Below are positions 26,203 to 34,757 of a stretch of DNA of 41,720 nt, one piece after another. The position numbers and the translations under genes were made by a program. The notes beneath the pieces were generated by a model. That model was not told the origin of the DNA. It was given only the letters and a program-made list of their open reading frames with translations, and made no database searches. The stretch covers positions 1-41,720 of the forward strand of contig JBNKTL010000046.1 in the NCBI GenBank assembly GCA_050298055.1. Direction: 5' to 3'. The stretch comes from Spirochaetota bacterium. GTDB lineage: Bacteria > Spirochaetota > UBA4802 > UBA5550. How positions within the stretch are numbered: the stretch's first letter is position 1; every line of letters begins with the position of its first letter.

Positions 26203-27657
26203 TCACCTCACTGTGAACGCAATAAACATTGAACCATCCCTGATCTTTATAAACATCCTCACTGTCTCCCCCTTTTTTACACCCTTGAGCATTATATTAA
26301 AACCCCGGGGGCCGGATATTTTTCTGCCGTTCAATTTTATGATAACATGACCCTGGCGAAGCCCGGCTTCGGAGGCCATGCTTCCGGGGTCAACATCCTC
26401 TACCATAACACCGCCACTCTTACCGATGCCGTACTGCTTTCTCTCACTCTCGCTGAGCTTTCTTACCTTTATGCCCAGAACGGGGGTCCCGGTCTTCCCC
26501 CGGTCTTCCTTACCGGTTATGCTCGTATCATCGGGAAGTTCTCCGAGCTTCACCCTCAATCTCTTTTTCTTCCTGTCCCTGAGAACAACGATCTCAACCT
26601 CTTTACCCACCCCGGCCATGGAGGTAATCAGGGGAAGATCCGATGAGTCGTTGATCTCCCTGCCGTCAAAGGTGAGGATGATATCACCTGTCTTTATCCC
26701 GGCCTTTTCACCGGGACCGTTTTTCATGACCTCGCTCACAAGGGCGCCCCCGGCCCTCTTCAGGCCGAAGGATTTTGCAAGCTCATCGGTCACCTTCTGG
26801 ATCCTGATGCCTATCCAGCTCCTGGTCACCTTTCCCCGGGCCTTCAGCTGGGGAATGAGGCTTTTCGCGAGATTTATGGGAATGGCAAAACCTATCCCCT
26901 GGCCGGAAGCAATGATGGCGGTATTTATTCCTACAACCTTCCCGTTCATGTCGATAAGGGGCCCGCCGGAATTTCCGGGATTGATGGACGCGTCGGTCTG
27001 GATAAAGTTATAGTATCCCTGTCTGCCGCCGGGATTGACCTCCTTCCTCCCCTTTGCGCTGACAATCCCCGCGGTAACGGTATGCTCAAGCCCGAAGGGG
27101 TTCCCGATGGCGATCACCCAGTCCCCTATCTTCAGCCCTGACGAATCTCCAAGCTCCGCGTAAGGAAGTTTTTCCTTCGAATCGATCTTGATGAGGGCGA
27201 TGTCCGACTTGGGGTCCTTGCCGATAACTTTCGCCTTGAACTGCCTCCTGTCATTCATCTTTACAATAATGGACGTCGCGTTGTCAATCACATGATTATT
27301 TGTGAGGATATACCCGTCACCGGAGATGATCACGCCGCTTCCCTCGCCTTTCTTCCTGAAATCCCTGGGGATACGGGGAAAAGGCATACCGGGGAAACCC
27401 TTGAAATATTTTTTAAAGTCATCGGGGAGATCAAAATCGGGCCCCCTGAACCTGTTATCGCCGTTAATGTTGCTTTTCATTTTAAATTCTGTTTTAACAT
27501 TGACCACAGCGGGGACCAGCTTTTTGATAATCGGATTTAATGACGGGATGGTACCGGACATTCCCGGGACCGGCCGGATAAAACAGCCCGCAGCAATTAT
27601 TGTTGCCGCGGCAAAAATAACATTTATTGAATTTTTTTGACAACTTCTTCTCATCAT
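26203..27657 (-). CDS. degP: DegP/DegQ (HtrA, Do family) serine protease with two PDZ domains
   Basis: GSGVII...TNNHVI, SDIALIKI, IQTDASINPGNSGGPL, two PDZ domains. Confidence 0.93.
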   Translation of the reverse strand: MMRRSCQKNSINVIFAAATIIAAGCFIRPVPGMSGTIPSLNPIIKKLVPAVVNVKTEFKMKSNINGDNRFRGPDFDLPDDFKKYFKGFPGMPFPRIPRDFRKKGEGSGVIISGDGYILTNNHVIDNATSIIVKMNDRRQFKAKVIGKDPKSDIALIKIDSKEKLPYAELGDSSGLKIGDWVIAIGNPFGLEHTVTAGIVSAKGRKEVNPGGRQGYYNFIQTDASINPGNSGGPLIDMNGKVVGINTAIIASGQGIGFAIPINLAKSLIPQLKARGKVTRSWIGIRIQKVTDELAKSFGLKRAGGALVSEVMKNGPGEKAGIKTGDIILTFDGREINDSSDLPLITSMAGVGKEVEIVVLRDRKKKRLRVKLGELPDDTSITGKEDRGKTGTPVLGIKVRKLSESERKQYGIGKSGGVMVEDVDPGSMASEAGLRQGHVIIKLNGRKISGPRGFNIMLKGVKKGETVRMFIKIRDGSMFIAFTVR

Positions 27658-27711
27658 AAAATTACCCTTTTGAGACTCCCTGTGGCAGAGTTTATTATTT
27701 CACGGGAATGA

Positions 27712-27739
27712 AGTGTAATGGATTGTAACAGATTGTCAA
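27712..27739 (-). promoter_or_regulatory. degP promoter overlapped by three 10-nt-phased direct repeats
   Basis: Minus strand TTGACA-N16-TACACT; repeats TGACAAT/TTACAAT/TTACACT at exact 10-nt spacing. Confidence 0.5.
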
Positions 27740-27765
27740 GCTTGAATAGAAAAAAGTAAGCCCTT

Positions 27766-28146
27766 TTAAACGGTTTTGCTCAGCTCATTATAGAGCATTC
27801 CGGCTATACCGAGCTTTGTGTTTTTCGAAAGGTTCAGGGCATACTCATCATAGAGCATATCTTCAAAGACCTCTTCGGCAAACCCTCCGTGAAGCCAGTC
27901 GCTTTTATGGACGGTTTTCCTCATTTCATTAAACATTTTTGCAACGAAGAGAGATTCCATCTCAATACATGTGTCCATGAGCTTCTTGTCCCGGACTTTC
28001 TCTTTTCCGTTACTCCTTGAAGCTTTTACCGCTGAGCTGAGCTGCTCACTGAAACTCGCTTTATTTTCGGCACTCCTGACACTGCCGCTCACCCTGTTGT
28101 TTATTCCGAACCTGGCGTTGTTCATTATACCCTTTATATCTGTCAT
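27766..28146 (-). CDS. flgJ: FlgJ-like rod-binding protein (no muramidase domain)
   Basis: EMESLFVAKMFNEMRKTV...FEDMLYDEYA...LGIAGMLY; follows flgI. Confidence 0.85.
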   Translation of the reverse strand: MTDIKGIMNNARFGINNRVSGSVRSAENKASFSEQLSSAVKASRSNGKEKVRDKKLMDTCIEMESLFVAKMFNEMRKTVHKSDWLHGGFAEEVFEDMLYDEYALNLSKNTKLGIAGMLYNELSKTV

Positions 28147-28155
28147 AAGCTTCTC

Positions 28156-29160
28156 CTACTTGATAATGAGCTCGGCGTAAAGCGCTCCCGCGTCCTGAAG
28201 TGCCTTGAGTATGGCAATGATGTCCGATGTGGACGCGCCGATTGAGTTCAGCATGTCAACAAGGTCTTTCACGGAACTGATGTCCCCCACATGAGACGCG
28301 GACCCTTTTTTGCTGCTGCCGGAGATCTCAACGGTAATACCTTCCCTGCTGACCATGGCCTCCGATACCCTCACGGAACCTCCCGCCGCGATGGTCCCGG
28401 TCCTTTCATTTATCACGATCCTCGCCTTCAGGGCGGGAGTTATCTCAATGTTCTGAACGGCGGATATAAATTCCGGGATATCCGTCTCTTTCTGTATGCT
28501 GAGACGTATCTTCCCGTCAACCAGCTGCGGCTTTGAAGCGGGAAACTTCGATTTTATCCCCTTGATAACATCATGGGCAAGGGAATAGTCCCAGTTCTTG
28601 AGGACGATAAATATACTGTTGTTGTTTACAATATTCGGGATGATCTCCCTCTCGATGACGCCGCCGTTGCTGATGACGGCAACGGTCTTCACTCCCCTTC
28701 TTTTTTCCCTGGGGACCTGAAGGGTGAGAGCGCCCTGTACAACGGCATAGATGATATTATCAGCGCCCTTGAGGGGTGACTGCACCAGGATCCCCCCCTC
28801 CAGGGACTTGGCATCTCCGATGGAGGAGACGGTGATATCGATCCTGTCCCCCACCCGCACAAAGGGAGGGAGCTGCCCGGTGAGGAGAACCGCCGCGGTG
28901 TTCTTTGAAACCAGGTCATTCCCTTCCATCCCCAGGTTTTTCAGGAGGTTCTTGAGAGATGATTTCGTGACCGAAGACCTGGTGTCGCCGGTGCCCTGCA
29001 GGCCCACAACCAGCCCGTATCCGTAGAGCTGGTTGTATTTGAGGCCGCTTATATATGATATGTCCCTGAGCTTTACCGATACGCCGGCCCTGAGGCCCGC
29101 ACAGAGACTGATAACCAAAAGGAGTACCTGAAGCCCTGTTTTGTATTTCCCGGTATTCAT
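28156..29160 (-). CDS. flgI: Flagellar P-ring protein
   Basis: NQLYGYGLVVGLQGTGD, KNTAAV, VSSIGDAKSLEGG, INERTGTI, ILKALQDAGALYAEL. Confidence 0.95.
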   Translation of the reverse strand: MNTGKYKTGLQVLLLVISLCAGLRAGVSVKLRDISYISGLKYNQLYGYGLVVGLQGTGDTRSSVTKSSLKNLLKNLGMEGNDLVSKNTAAVLLTGQLPPFVRVGDRIDITVSSIGDAKSLEGGILVQSPLKGADNIIYAVVQGALTLQVPREKRRGVKTVAVISNGGVIEREIIPNIVNNNSIFIVLKNWDYSLAHDVIKGIKSKFPASKPQLVDGKIRLSIQKETDIPEFISAVQNIEITPALKARIVINERTGTIAAGGSVRVSEAMVSREGITVEISGSSKKGSASHVGDISSVKDLVDMLNSIGASTSDIIAILKALQDAGALYAELIIK

Positions 29161-29795
29161 TATTTAGCAAGCTCCGAGAGCATTTTCTGAAGGTAGTCTA
29201 TGATGATCTGCTGTTTCTCCTGTTCCGTAAGGGTGCTGCCGGCCGTTTCTTTCTCCTTGAGCTGCGGCCTTGTTATGGTGATCCCTTCCCCTCTTCCCCG
29301 TACCTGGAGCCTGAAATTAACAATATTTGACGAATCAACGTTTCTTCCGTTGATGAGAAAGGGGTCAACCAGCCCGGACACGGTGATGGTGTTTGTGGTC
29401 CCGTTGAAAGAGTATGCGCGGGTACCGGTAATGGAATAGCTTCCTCCCGCGCCCCGTCCCACAACCGAGGCCGCAACAGAGAGGTTGAGCCGGCCCTTCT
29501 CCGAAACAGCCGTTGAGTTCCGGTAAGTGAGATTTTTATTGGCCGAAACTTTGGGGAGAAAGCCCGTTATGGTAACATCGGGATTGGAAGAGATACCGGA
29601 TGTTGTCCGGGAGTTGATGTTGAGAGTAAATCTCATGTTTGAGACATCGTTTATATTCACGATGAGGATATCCCCCACACGGATGCTGTTTGCCGATGAA
29701 TAGATGTTCCTGTCCCTCCAGATAGTCCTGGAGGAGAGCGTCCCGCCGGATACCGTTGCAAAGATGAGCAGTGTTATGGTCACAACTTTTTTCAA
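29160..29795 (-). CDS. flgH: Flagellar L-ring family protein (non-lipidated variant)
   Basis: IRVGDILIVNI, ITGTRAY.FNG...ITVSGLV.P...VDSSNIVN pattern; lies between flgA and flgI; TTG start. Confidence 0.8.
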   Translation of the reverse strand: MKKVVTITLLIFATVSGGTLSSRTIWRDRNIYSSANSIRVGDILIVNINDVSNMRFTLNINSRTTSGISSNPDVTITGFLPKVSANKNLTYRNSTAVSEKGRLNLSVAASVVGRGAGGSYSITGTRAYSFNGTTNTITVSGLVDPFLINGRNVDSSNIVNFRLQVRGRGEGITITRPQLKEKETAGSTLTEQEKQQIIIDYLQKMLSELAK

Positions 29796-30322
29796 AGCTT
29801 TATCTCCACCTTCCCCTTACCGGTTATTTTTCCGCGGACAATTCTTTTGTTCCTGAGCCGCACTTCTATCTCATCTCCCCGGGACCCGTTCCCCCGGGCC
29901 CTGCCGGTCACCTCCACCCTCATCCTTTTCTTAATGACAATGACCTTCACACTGTCCCCGTTTTTCACAAGTACACCTGCCGGTTCCCCGCTTTCGGACA
30001 GTCTGCCCTCTGTCATGTCACTGCTCTCATGTATCCTCGACGCGCTGCCGTATATGGAAATAAGTCCGCCGGTCATCCCCCTGACGATCCTGTAGAGTTC
30101 GCTTCTGTCCACAAGACCGTCCGAGTAGTAACCGCTTAAAATAACTTCCCTGCCCACGGCCTCAACGTCTTTTTTATCACCCTCGATCCGGGCAATGTCC
30201 ATGACCCTGAGTTCAGCGGTGCCCTTATACACCCGGGGGATAAGGTAGAGCTTCACGTCAGCTTTCAGTGAAGCCAGGGGGACGACCAGGAAAAGAAGAC
30301 TGTATATTATTCTCTGTTTCAT
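29792..30322 (-). CDS. flgA: Flagellar P-ring formation chaperone (short form)
   Basis: C-terminal LVKNGDSVKV...VTGRARGNGSRGDEIEVR...IVRGKI.GKGKVEI; overlaps flgG and flgH. Confidence 0.78.
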   Translation of the reverse strand: MKQRIIYSLLFLVVPLASLKADVKLYLIPRVYKGTAELRVMDIARIEGDKKDVEAVGREVILSGYYSDGLVDRSELYRIVRGMTGGLISIYGSASRIHESSDMTEGRLSESGEPAGVLVKNGDSVKVIVIKKRMRVEVTGRARGNGSRGDEIEVRLRNKRIVRGKITGKGKVEIKL

Positions 30323-31116
30323 TATCTCTTCAGGGCGATTGCCGTCGCAAGCATGGAGTCCGATGTCTGGATCGCCTTGGAATTTATCTCATAGGCGCGC
30401 TGGGCAACGATCATGTTCACCATCTCCTCCACCACTTTCACATTGGACATCTCCAGGAACCCCTGGTGAAGCTTGGCCATGCCGTCCAGGCCCGGCTGCC
30501 CCGGGATCTCCTCCCCCGATGCGGGTGTTGTCTTGAAAAGGTTGCCCCCTATGCTCTGGAGTCCCGCCGGGTTCACAAACCTGTATATCTCCATCTGCCC
30601 GATATCCACCGGGTCGTCCTCACCCACGATCTTTACGGTGATCCTTCCGTCCTGGCTGATGGAAAGTGTCTCCATAATTGAATTTTCGGGGAGAACAAGC
30701 TGCGGCTCAAGAAGATAGCCGTTGGAGGTAACAACCTGCCTGTTGGAATCAATCTTGAAAGAGCCGTCCCGTGTATACGCCATTGTCCCGTCATACATCT
30801 GTATCTTAAAGAACCCGTCACCCTCCATGGCAATGTCAAGCTTGTTGCCCGTGGCCTGGAGGCTCCCCTGGGTGAACATCTTCTGTGTTGCGGCGACCTT
30901 CACCCCGTGGCCCACCTGGATACCTGTGGGTACCTCCGTGACCTCGGTGGCCGGGGTCCCCGCCATGAGAACGGTCTGGTAGAGGAGATCTTCAAACTCC
31001 GCCCTCTGTTTCTTGAAACCGGTGGTATTTACATTTGAAAGGTTATTGGAAACGGTATCAATATTAAACTGCTGTCCGATCATTCCCGATGCTGCGGTCC
31101 ACAGTGATCTCATCAT
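30322..31116 (-). CDS. flgG: Flagellar basal-body distal rod protein
   Basis: MMRSLWTAASGM...NNLSNVNTTGFKK...YTRDGSF...LEMSNVKVVEEMVNMIVAQRAYEINSKAI. Confidence 0.97.
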   Translation of the reverse strand: MMRSLWTAASGMIGQQFNIDTVSNNLSNVNTTGFKKQRAEFEDLLYQTVLMAGTPATEVTEVPTGIQVGHGVKVAATQKMFTQGSLQATGNKLDIAMEGDGFFKIQMYDGTMAYTRDGSFKIDSNRQVVTSNGYLLEPQLVLPENSIMETLSISQDGRITVKIVGEDDPVDIGQMEIYRFVNPAGLQSIGGNLFKTTPASGEEIPGQPGLDGMAKLHQGFLEMSNVKVVEEMVNMIVAQRAYEINSKAIQTSDSMLATAIALKR

Positions 31117-31302
31117 GGCTGTTCACCCCGTAAAATATAATAATATGTGCGGGCATACGGTTTAAACCATACACCCCTCATTATAACATCGGAACATAAT
31201 CTGTATGCCTTAACAGGAAAAATATCCTTAAAAATACGGTTTTTTCTTGCGCTCCACCGGAAGGAAAATAAATTATGGTTAAATTTGAATATCGGGGTTT
31301 AT

Positions 31303-32190
31303 ATGAAAAAATCATTCGGAGTTGTTGTTCTTTCTTTTCTCGTCTTTCTTTCCGTCAATTGCTGCAACGAAATAAAAGCGGAAGATACCTACTGCAGAAC
31401 AAAGTATCCTGTTGTCCTGGTGCACGGTCTCGGTTTCAGGGACGATGCTCATCTCGTGAAATACTGGGGAAAGATTGACAAACACCTGAAAAAGAGGGGC
31501 GCACGTGTAATACTGGCGCACCAGCAGGCCTACGCGTCACACAGGGACAACGCCCTTTTAATTAAAAAGGAGATCGAGAAGTTTCTGAAGGAAAACCCCT
31601 CTTATAAAAAAGTCAATATCATCGCCCACTCCAAGGGGGGGATCGAATCGCGGTATATGATAACAAAGCTCAACATGGCGGACAGGGTGGCGAGCCTCAC
31701 CACGCTTGCCACACCCCACAGGGGTTCCTCCATTGCCGACATTGTCATGGGGAAGATAAAGTCTGACAGGAAGATCATTGTCAAACTCATCAACATGATG
31801 GCGAAACTCCTGGGAGACAAAAAACCGGACTCATACGACGCCGGGTTACAGCTGACAACGGAGTATATGAAGATTTTTAACAGGGAAGTACCCGATATGA
31901 AGAACGTCTATTACCAGAGCTACGCCGCTGAGATAGACCGGAACTTCCCCAACCCCTTCTGGAGGAAGCTCCGGAAGGTCCTGAATAAGTATGAGGGGCC
32001 CAACGACAGCCTGGTCTCAATAAAGTCCGCGGTCTGGGGAGATTTCCGGGGCGTGGTCAAATGCAACGGGAAGCCCCTGGTTTCTCATGCGGATATTATA
32101 GGCATGCATATTATCACCGGGGAGTTTTGTTTTAAGGCTGATCACTTCTTCCAGGAGCTGGTGCACAGGTTGAGGGAGATGGGGTATTGA
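31303..32190 (+). CDS. Exported alpha/beta-hydrolase lipase/esterase
   Basis: Likely start 31303; TKYPVVLVHG, AHSKGG nucleophile elbow, TPHRGS, NDSLVS, SHADII. Confidence 0.9.
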   Translation: MKKSFGVVVLSFLVFLSVNCCNEIKAEDTYCRTKYPVVLVHGLGFRDDAHLVKYWGKIDKHLKKRGARVILAHQQAYASHRDNALLIKKEIEKFLKENPSYKKVNIIAHSKGGIESRYMITKLNMADRVASLTTLATPHRGSSIADIVMGKIKSDRKIIVKLINMMAKLLGDKKPDSYDAGLQLTTEYMKIFNREVPDMKNVYYQSYAAEIDRNFPNPFWRKLRKVLNKYEGPNDSLVSIKSAVWGDFRGVVKCNGKPLVSHADIIGMHIITGEFCFKADHFFQELVHRLREMGY

Positions 32191-32201
32191 GGGAGATGGG
32201 G
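32170..32201 (+). repeat. 15-bp tandem direct repeat spanning the lipase stop codon
   Basis: TTGAGGGAGATGGGG at 32170-32184 and 32187-32201. Confidence 0.85.
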
Positions 32202-32256
32202 ATGTTTTAAGTATTTATTAGTTACTACTTTCCATTATGAGTACAATTCTATAATA

Positions 32257-32700
32257 TTAAAAAAACTTCTTAAACAATCCCGTAATAAAGCCGTCATCTT
32301 CATATTCATATTCATCACTCATCATTTTATTAAGTTCTTTATCTGGGATATAATCAAAATCACAATGAATATAACCTGATTTTTGAATTCCAAATTGCAT
32401 AAAATTATATGCCTTTTCTCCATAGCTAAAACTTTTTGAAGATAATCTGAATGCAGTATCGAGATTATCAATTGCAATATGAAACAGCCATTCAATAATA
32501 GCCTTTTCCCCATAACCAGCTTTCTTTTTATTCCAGAAATCCTTAATCATTTTCATATCTTTTTCATTGAAATGATGTCTTTCCTGTCTGTGATTATGAC
32601 CAAGCTTGTCTTTGGGTTCATCTATCCACCTATGTAAATCAGCAAAATCAAAACCAGTTCTTTTTTTACTTATTGCACAATGTGTTCTAAAGTTAGGCAT
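32257..32700 (-). CDS. His-rich hypothetical protein (possibly metal-binding, DUF6915-like)
   Basis: HCAIS...LHRWID.PK...HNHRQERHH...HIAID; GGAGG RBS; AT-rich. Family resemblance is from memory only. Confidence 0.65.
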   Translation of the reverse strand: MPNFRTHCAISKKRTGFDFADLHRWIDEPKDKLGHNHRQERHHFNEKDMKMIKDFWNKKKAGYGEKAIIEWLFHIAIDNLDTAFRLSSKSFSYGEKAYNFMQFGIQKSGYIHCDFDYIPDKELNKMMSDEYEYEDDGFITGLFKKFF

Positions 32701-32740
32701 TATAACCTCCCATTGATATTGATTTTATTATTTTAATTAT

Positions 32741-33643
32741 TTAACTTACTCTCAAAAACTCCTGATATTTCCAATCCAGATGATCTCTATTAGGCCAGTT
32801 AATTTGTTTAGATGGCAGAATAATTTTTTTATCATGAAGCCCCTTTAATCCATGCTGAAGCATTGGGCCATCTTCTTCATCGAGTATTTTTTTACATACT
32901 TGAATTTTATAATCTGGTGTTATCCCTATGAAATAACTATCAAATGCAGCATGATGAAGTTTGCATAATGAAATTCCATTCGAGACTATCGGCTCCCCTT
33001 TTGGATGCTCATCAGGAATTATATGTGCTGCATCCAGCAATTCCCTGTGTTTAAGTCTGCACAGGGAACACTGTGACAGATAGGCGTCCAGTACTCTTTC
33101 TCTGAAGCTTCTTTGATGCAAACGGACTTTCACAGTTGATGTTATGTATGTTCTTCTACCAGTTGCGGAATCATTGATTTGGAATGAATAATCTTCTTTT
33201 CTTTGTATTTCTGCAATATCTTCCAGTACAAGTTTAAAGCACAGGTTTTCCGGTTCATCTGTTACTATATAAACTGGCCAGATTGCCATATACTTTCCGG
33301 GTATTAATCCAATTAAATAAATCAAAGGTAGTTTTCTTTTATATACTTCTCTTAGTCCGACATTATCTCTATGGTTAGGGTCAGTTCCTCTGTATCTATA
33401 TCTCAACATTTCACTATCATCTATTTTATCATCGTATGATGAATTTGGTGAGGTATTTATTGAAAGTGGTAATTCCATTATTTTTGGTTTGAATATTCCC
33501 TGTGGGGAGATTAATGGGATTCGCTGATCGGTATAAACGAAGCCTTGTTGGAGTATTTCTCTTGGGATGACGTCATTGTAAATTTGGGCTTGCTTAGTTA
33601 GCCAGTTGAAAGCTGCGAGTCTTATTTGGAGGTCGGGTTCCAT
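32741..33643 (-). CDS. HNH endonuclease, putative modification-dependent restriction enzyme
   Basis: RLHQRSFRERVLDAY..QCSLC...LDAAHIIP...NGISLCKLHHAAFD; N-terminal GIFKP...YDD...YRYRG...DN..LR region resembles an SRA-like reader (inference). Confidence 0.85.
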   Translation of the reverse strand: MEPDLQIRLAAFNWLTKQAQIYNDVIPREILQQGFVYTDQRIPLISPQGIFKPKIMELPLSINTSPNSSYDDKIDDSEMLRYRYRGTDPNHRDNVGLREVYKRKLPLIYLIGLIPGKYMAIWPVYIVTDEPENLCFKLVLEDIAEIQRKEDYSFQINDSATGRRTYITSTVKVRLHQRSFRERVLDAYLSQCSLCRLKHRELLDAAHIIPDEHPKGEPIVSNGISLCKLHHAAFDSYFIGITPDYKIQVCKKILDEEDGPMLQHGLKGLHDKKIILPSKQINWPNRDHLDWKYQEFLRVS

Positions 33644-33645
33644 TA

Positions 33646-34362
33646 TTATTTATGTTTTTCTATATCAATAAAGTCTGAAAAACTATAATTATGATAACCT
33701 GTATTAAAAGATTTAGTCTTATCAGGAAACCCAAATGTGTAACAATCATGTAGCATTGTAAACTTTGCAATATTTTTAATAATTTCAGATATATTTTTCA
33801 ATACAGTTATAAATATTTCATGCAAATCAATCTCATTTTTCAAACTAAATGCTTTAAAAAATAATTTATTATCTTTAATATGAACAAGTGATCCAAAAGA
33901 AGATCCAAAATTATTTATATGCACTACTTCATTTCTAAATGGTTTTAAATAGGGTTCTATAAAATTATTTAGAGTATCCTTAGCATAAGTTAAAAATTCA
34001 TTCTTAATTTTAAGATGCATACCACTAGCTCGGTTTATCATCTTTTTTTCAACTATACTTTTTGAACTGAATAAAAATGCATCAAAATCAAAAAAAATAG
34101 CATCTGATATTGGCATTAAGAAATTTTTTGAATTAAGATGAGATTTTTCTTTTAACTCAACTTCGATTCTTTCAAGATTTTGCAAATAATTTTCAGCATA
34201 GTACATTGTTCTTTTTGTGTATCTGCTAAATACTATTTTAAAAATATCAACCTCAGTTAAAGTGTAATCACTTGGGAAATTAGGACAGAATGTGAAAAAT
34301 GAATTAATCAATTCAGCTAATCCTCGATTATATCTGACTATCTTTAATAATTCATCATTCAT
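33646..34362 (-). CDS. AT-rich hypothetical protein with HEPN-like R-x4-H motif
   Basis: Helical protein with FDAFLFSSKS and FRNEVVH; 2 nt from the HNH gene start. Confidence 0.6.
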   Translation of the reverse strand: MNDELLKIVRYNRGLAELINSFFTFCPNFPSDYTLTEVDIFKIVFSRYTKRTMYYAENYLQNLERIEVELKEKSHLNSKNFLMPISDAIFFDFDAFLFSSKSIVEKKMINRASGMHLKIKNEFLTYAKDTLNNFIEPYLKPFRNEVVHINNFGSSFGSLVHIKDNKLFFKAFSLKNEIDLHEIFITVLKNISEIIKNIAKFTMLHDCYTFGFPDKTKSFNTGYHNYSFSDFIDIEKHK

Positions 34363-34719
34363 TATTTAGATCCATTCATTATCCTTTCCCAGAAATAATT
34401 ACTATTGTCTTTTACACCATCCTGAATGTTATATGTCTCATCCAAAAACAAACCCCGGTAAAAACAAAAACAAAATGTCAATTAAACCCGCAACACCACA
34501 TCAATACAAAAACAGTACTCCCCCCGGATTATCTGTCAATTAAAAATTCACTTATCATAAAACACCCGGGAAAACGCCGCTCCCATGGGACAGGGGGCAA
34601 TCTATTCCGTAACTCATTTGCCTTAATCTCTTCATCTCCCTCACAACAAAACGCAATAGCCCACATAATTAAAAACAGCACCGGCACCCGTGATACAACC
34701 GCCGGCCCGCAAAAAACAT

Positions 34720-34756
34720 ATTGACTATTCTGCACCACTACTGCAGAATAGTCAAT
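34720..34756. promoter_or_regulatory. Perfect 15-bp inverted repeat forming a symmetric promoter/operator
   Basis: ATTGACTATTCTGCA-CCACTAC-TGCAGAATAGTCAAT, which reads TTGACT-N17-CAGAAT on both strands and ends 1 nt before ATG 34758. Confidence 0.7.
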
Positions 34757-34757
34757 T

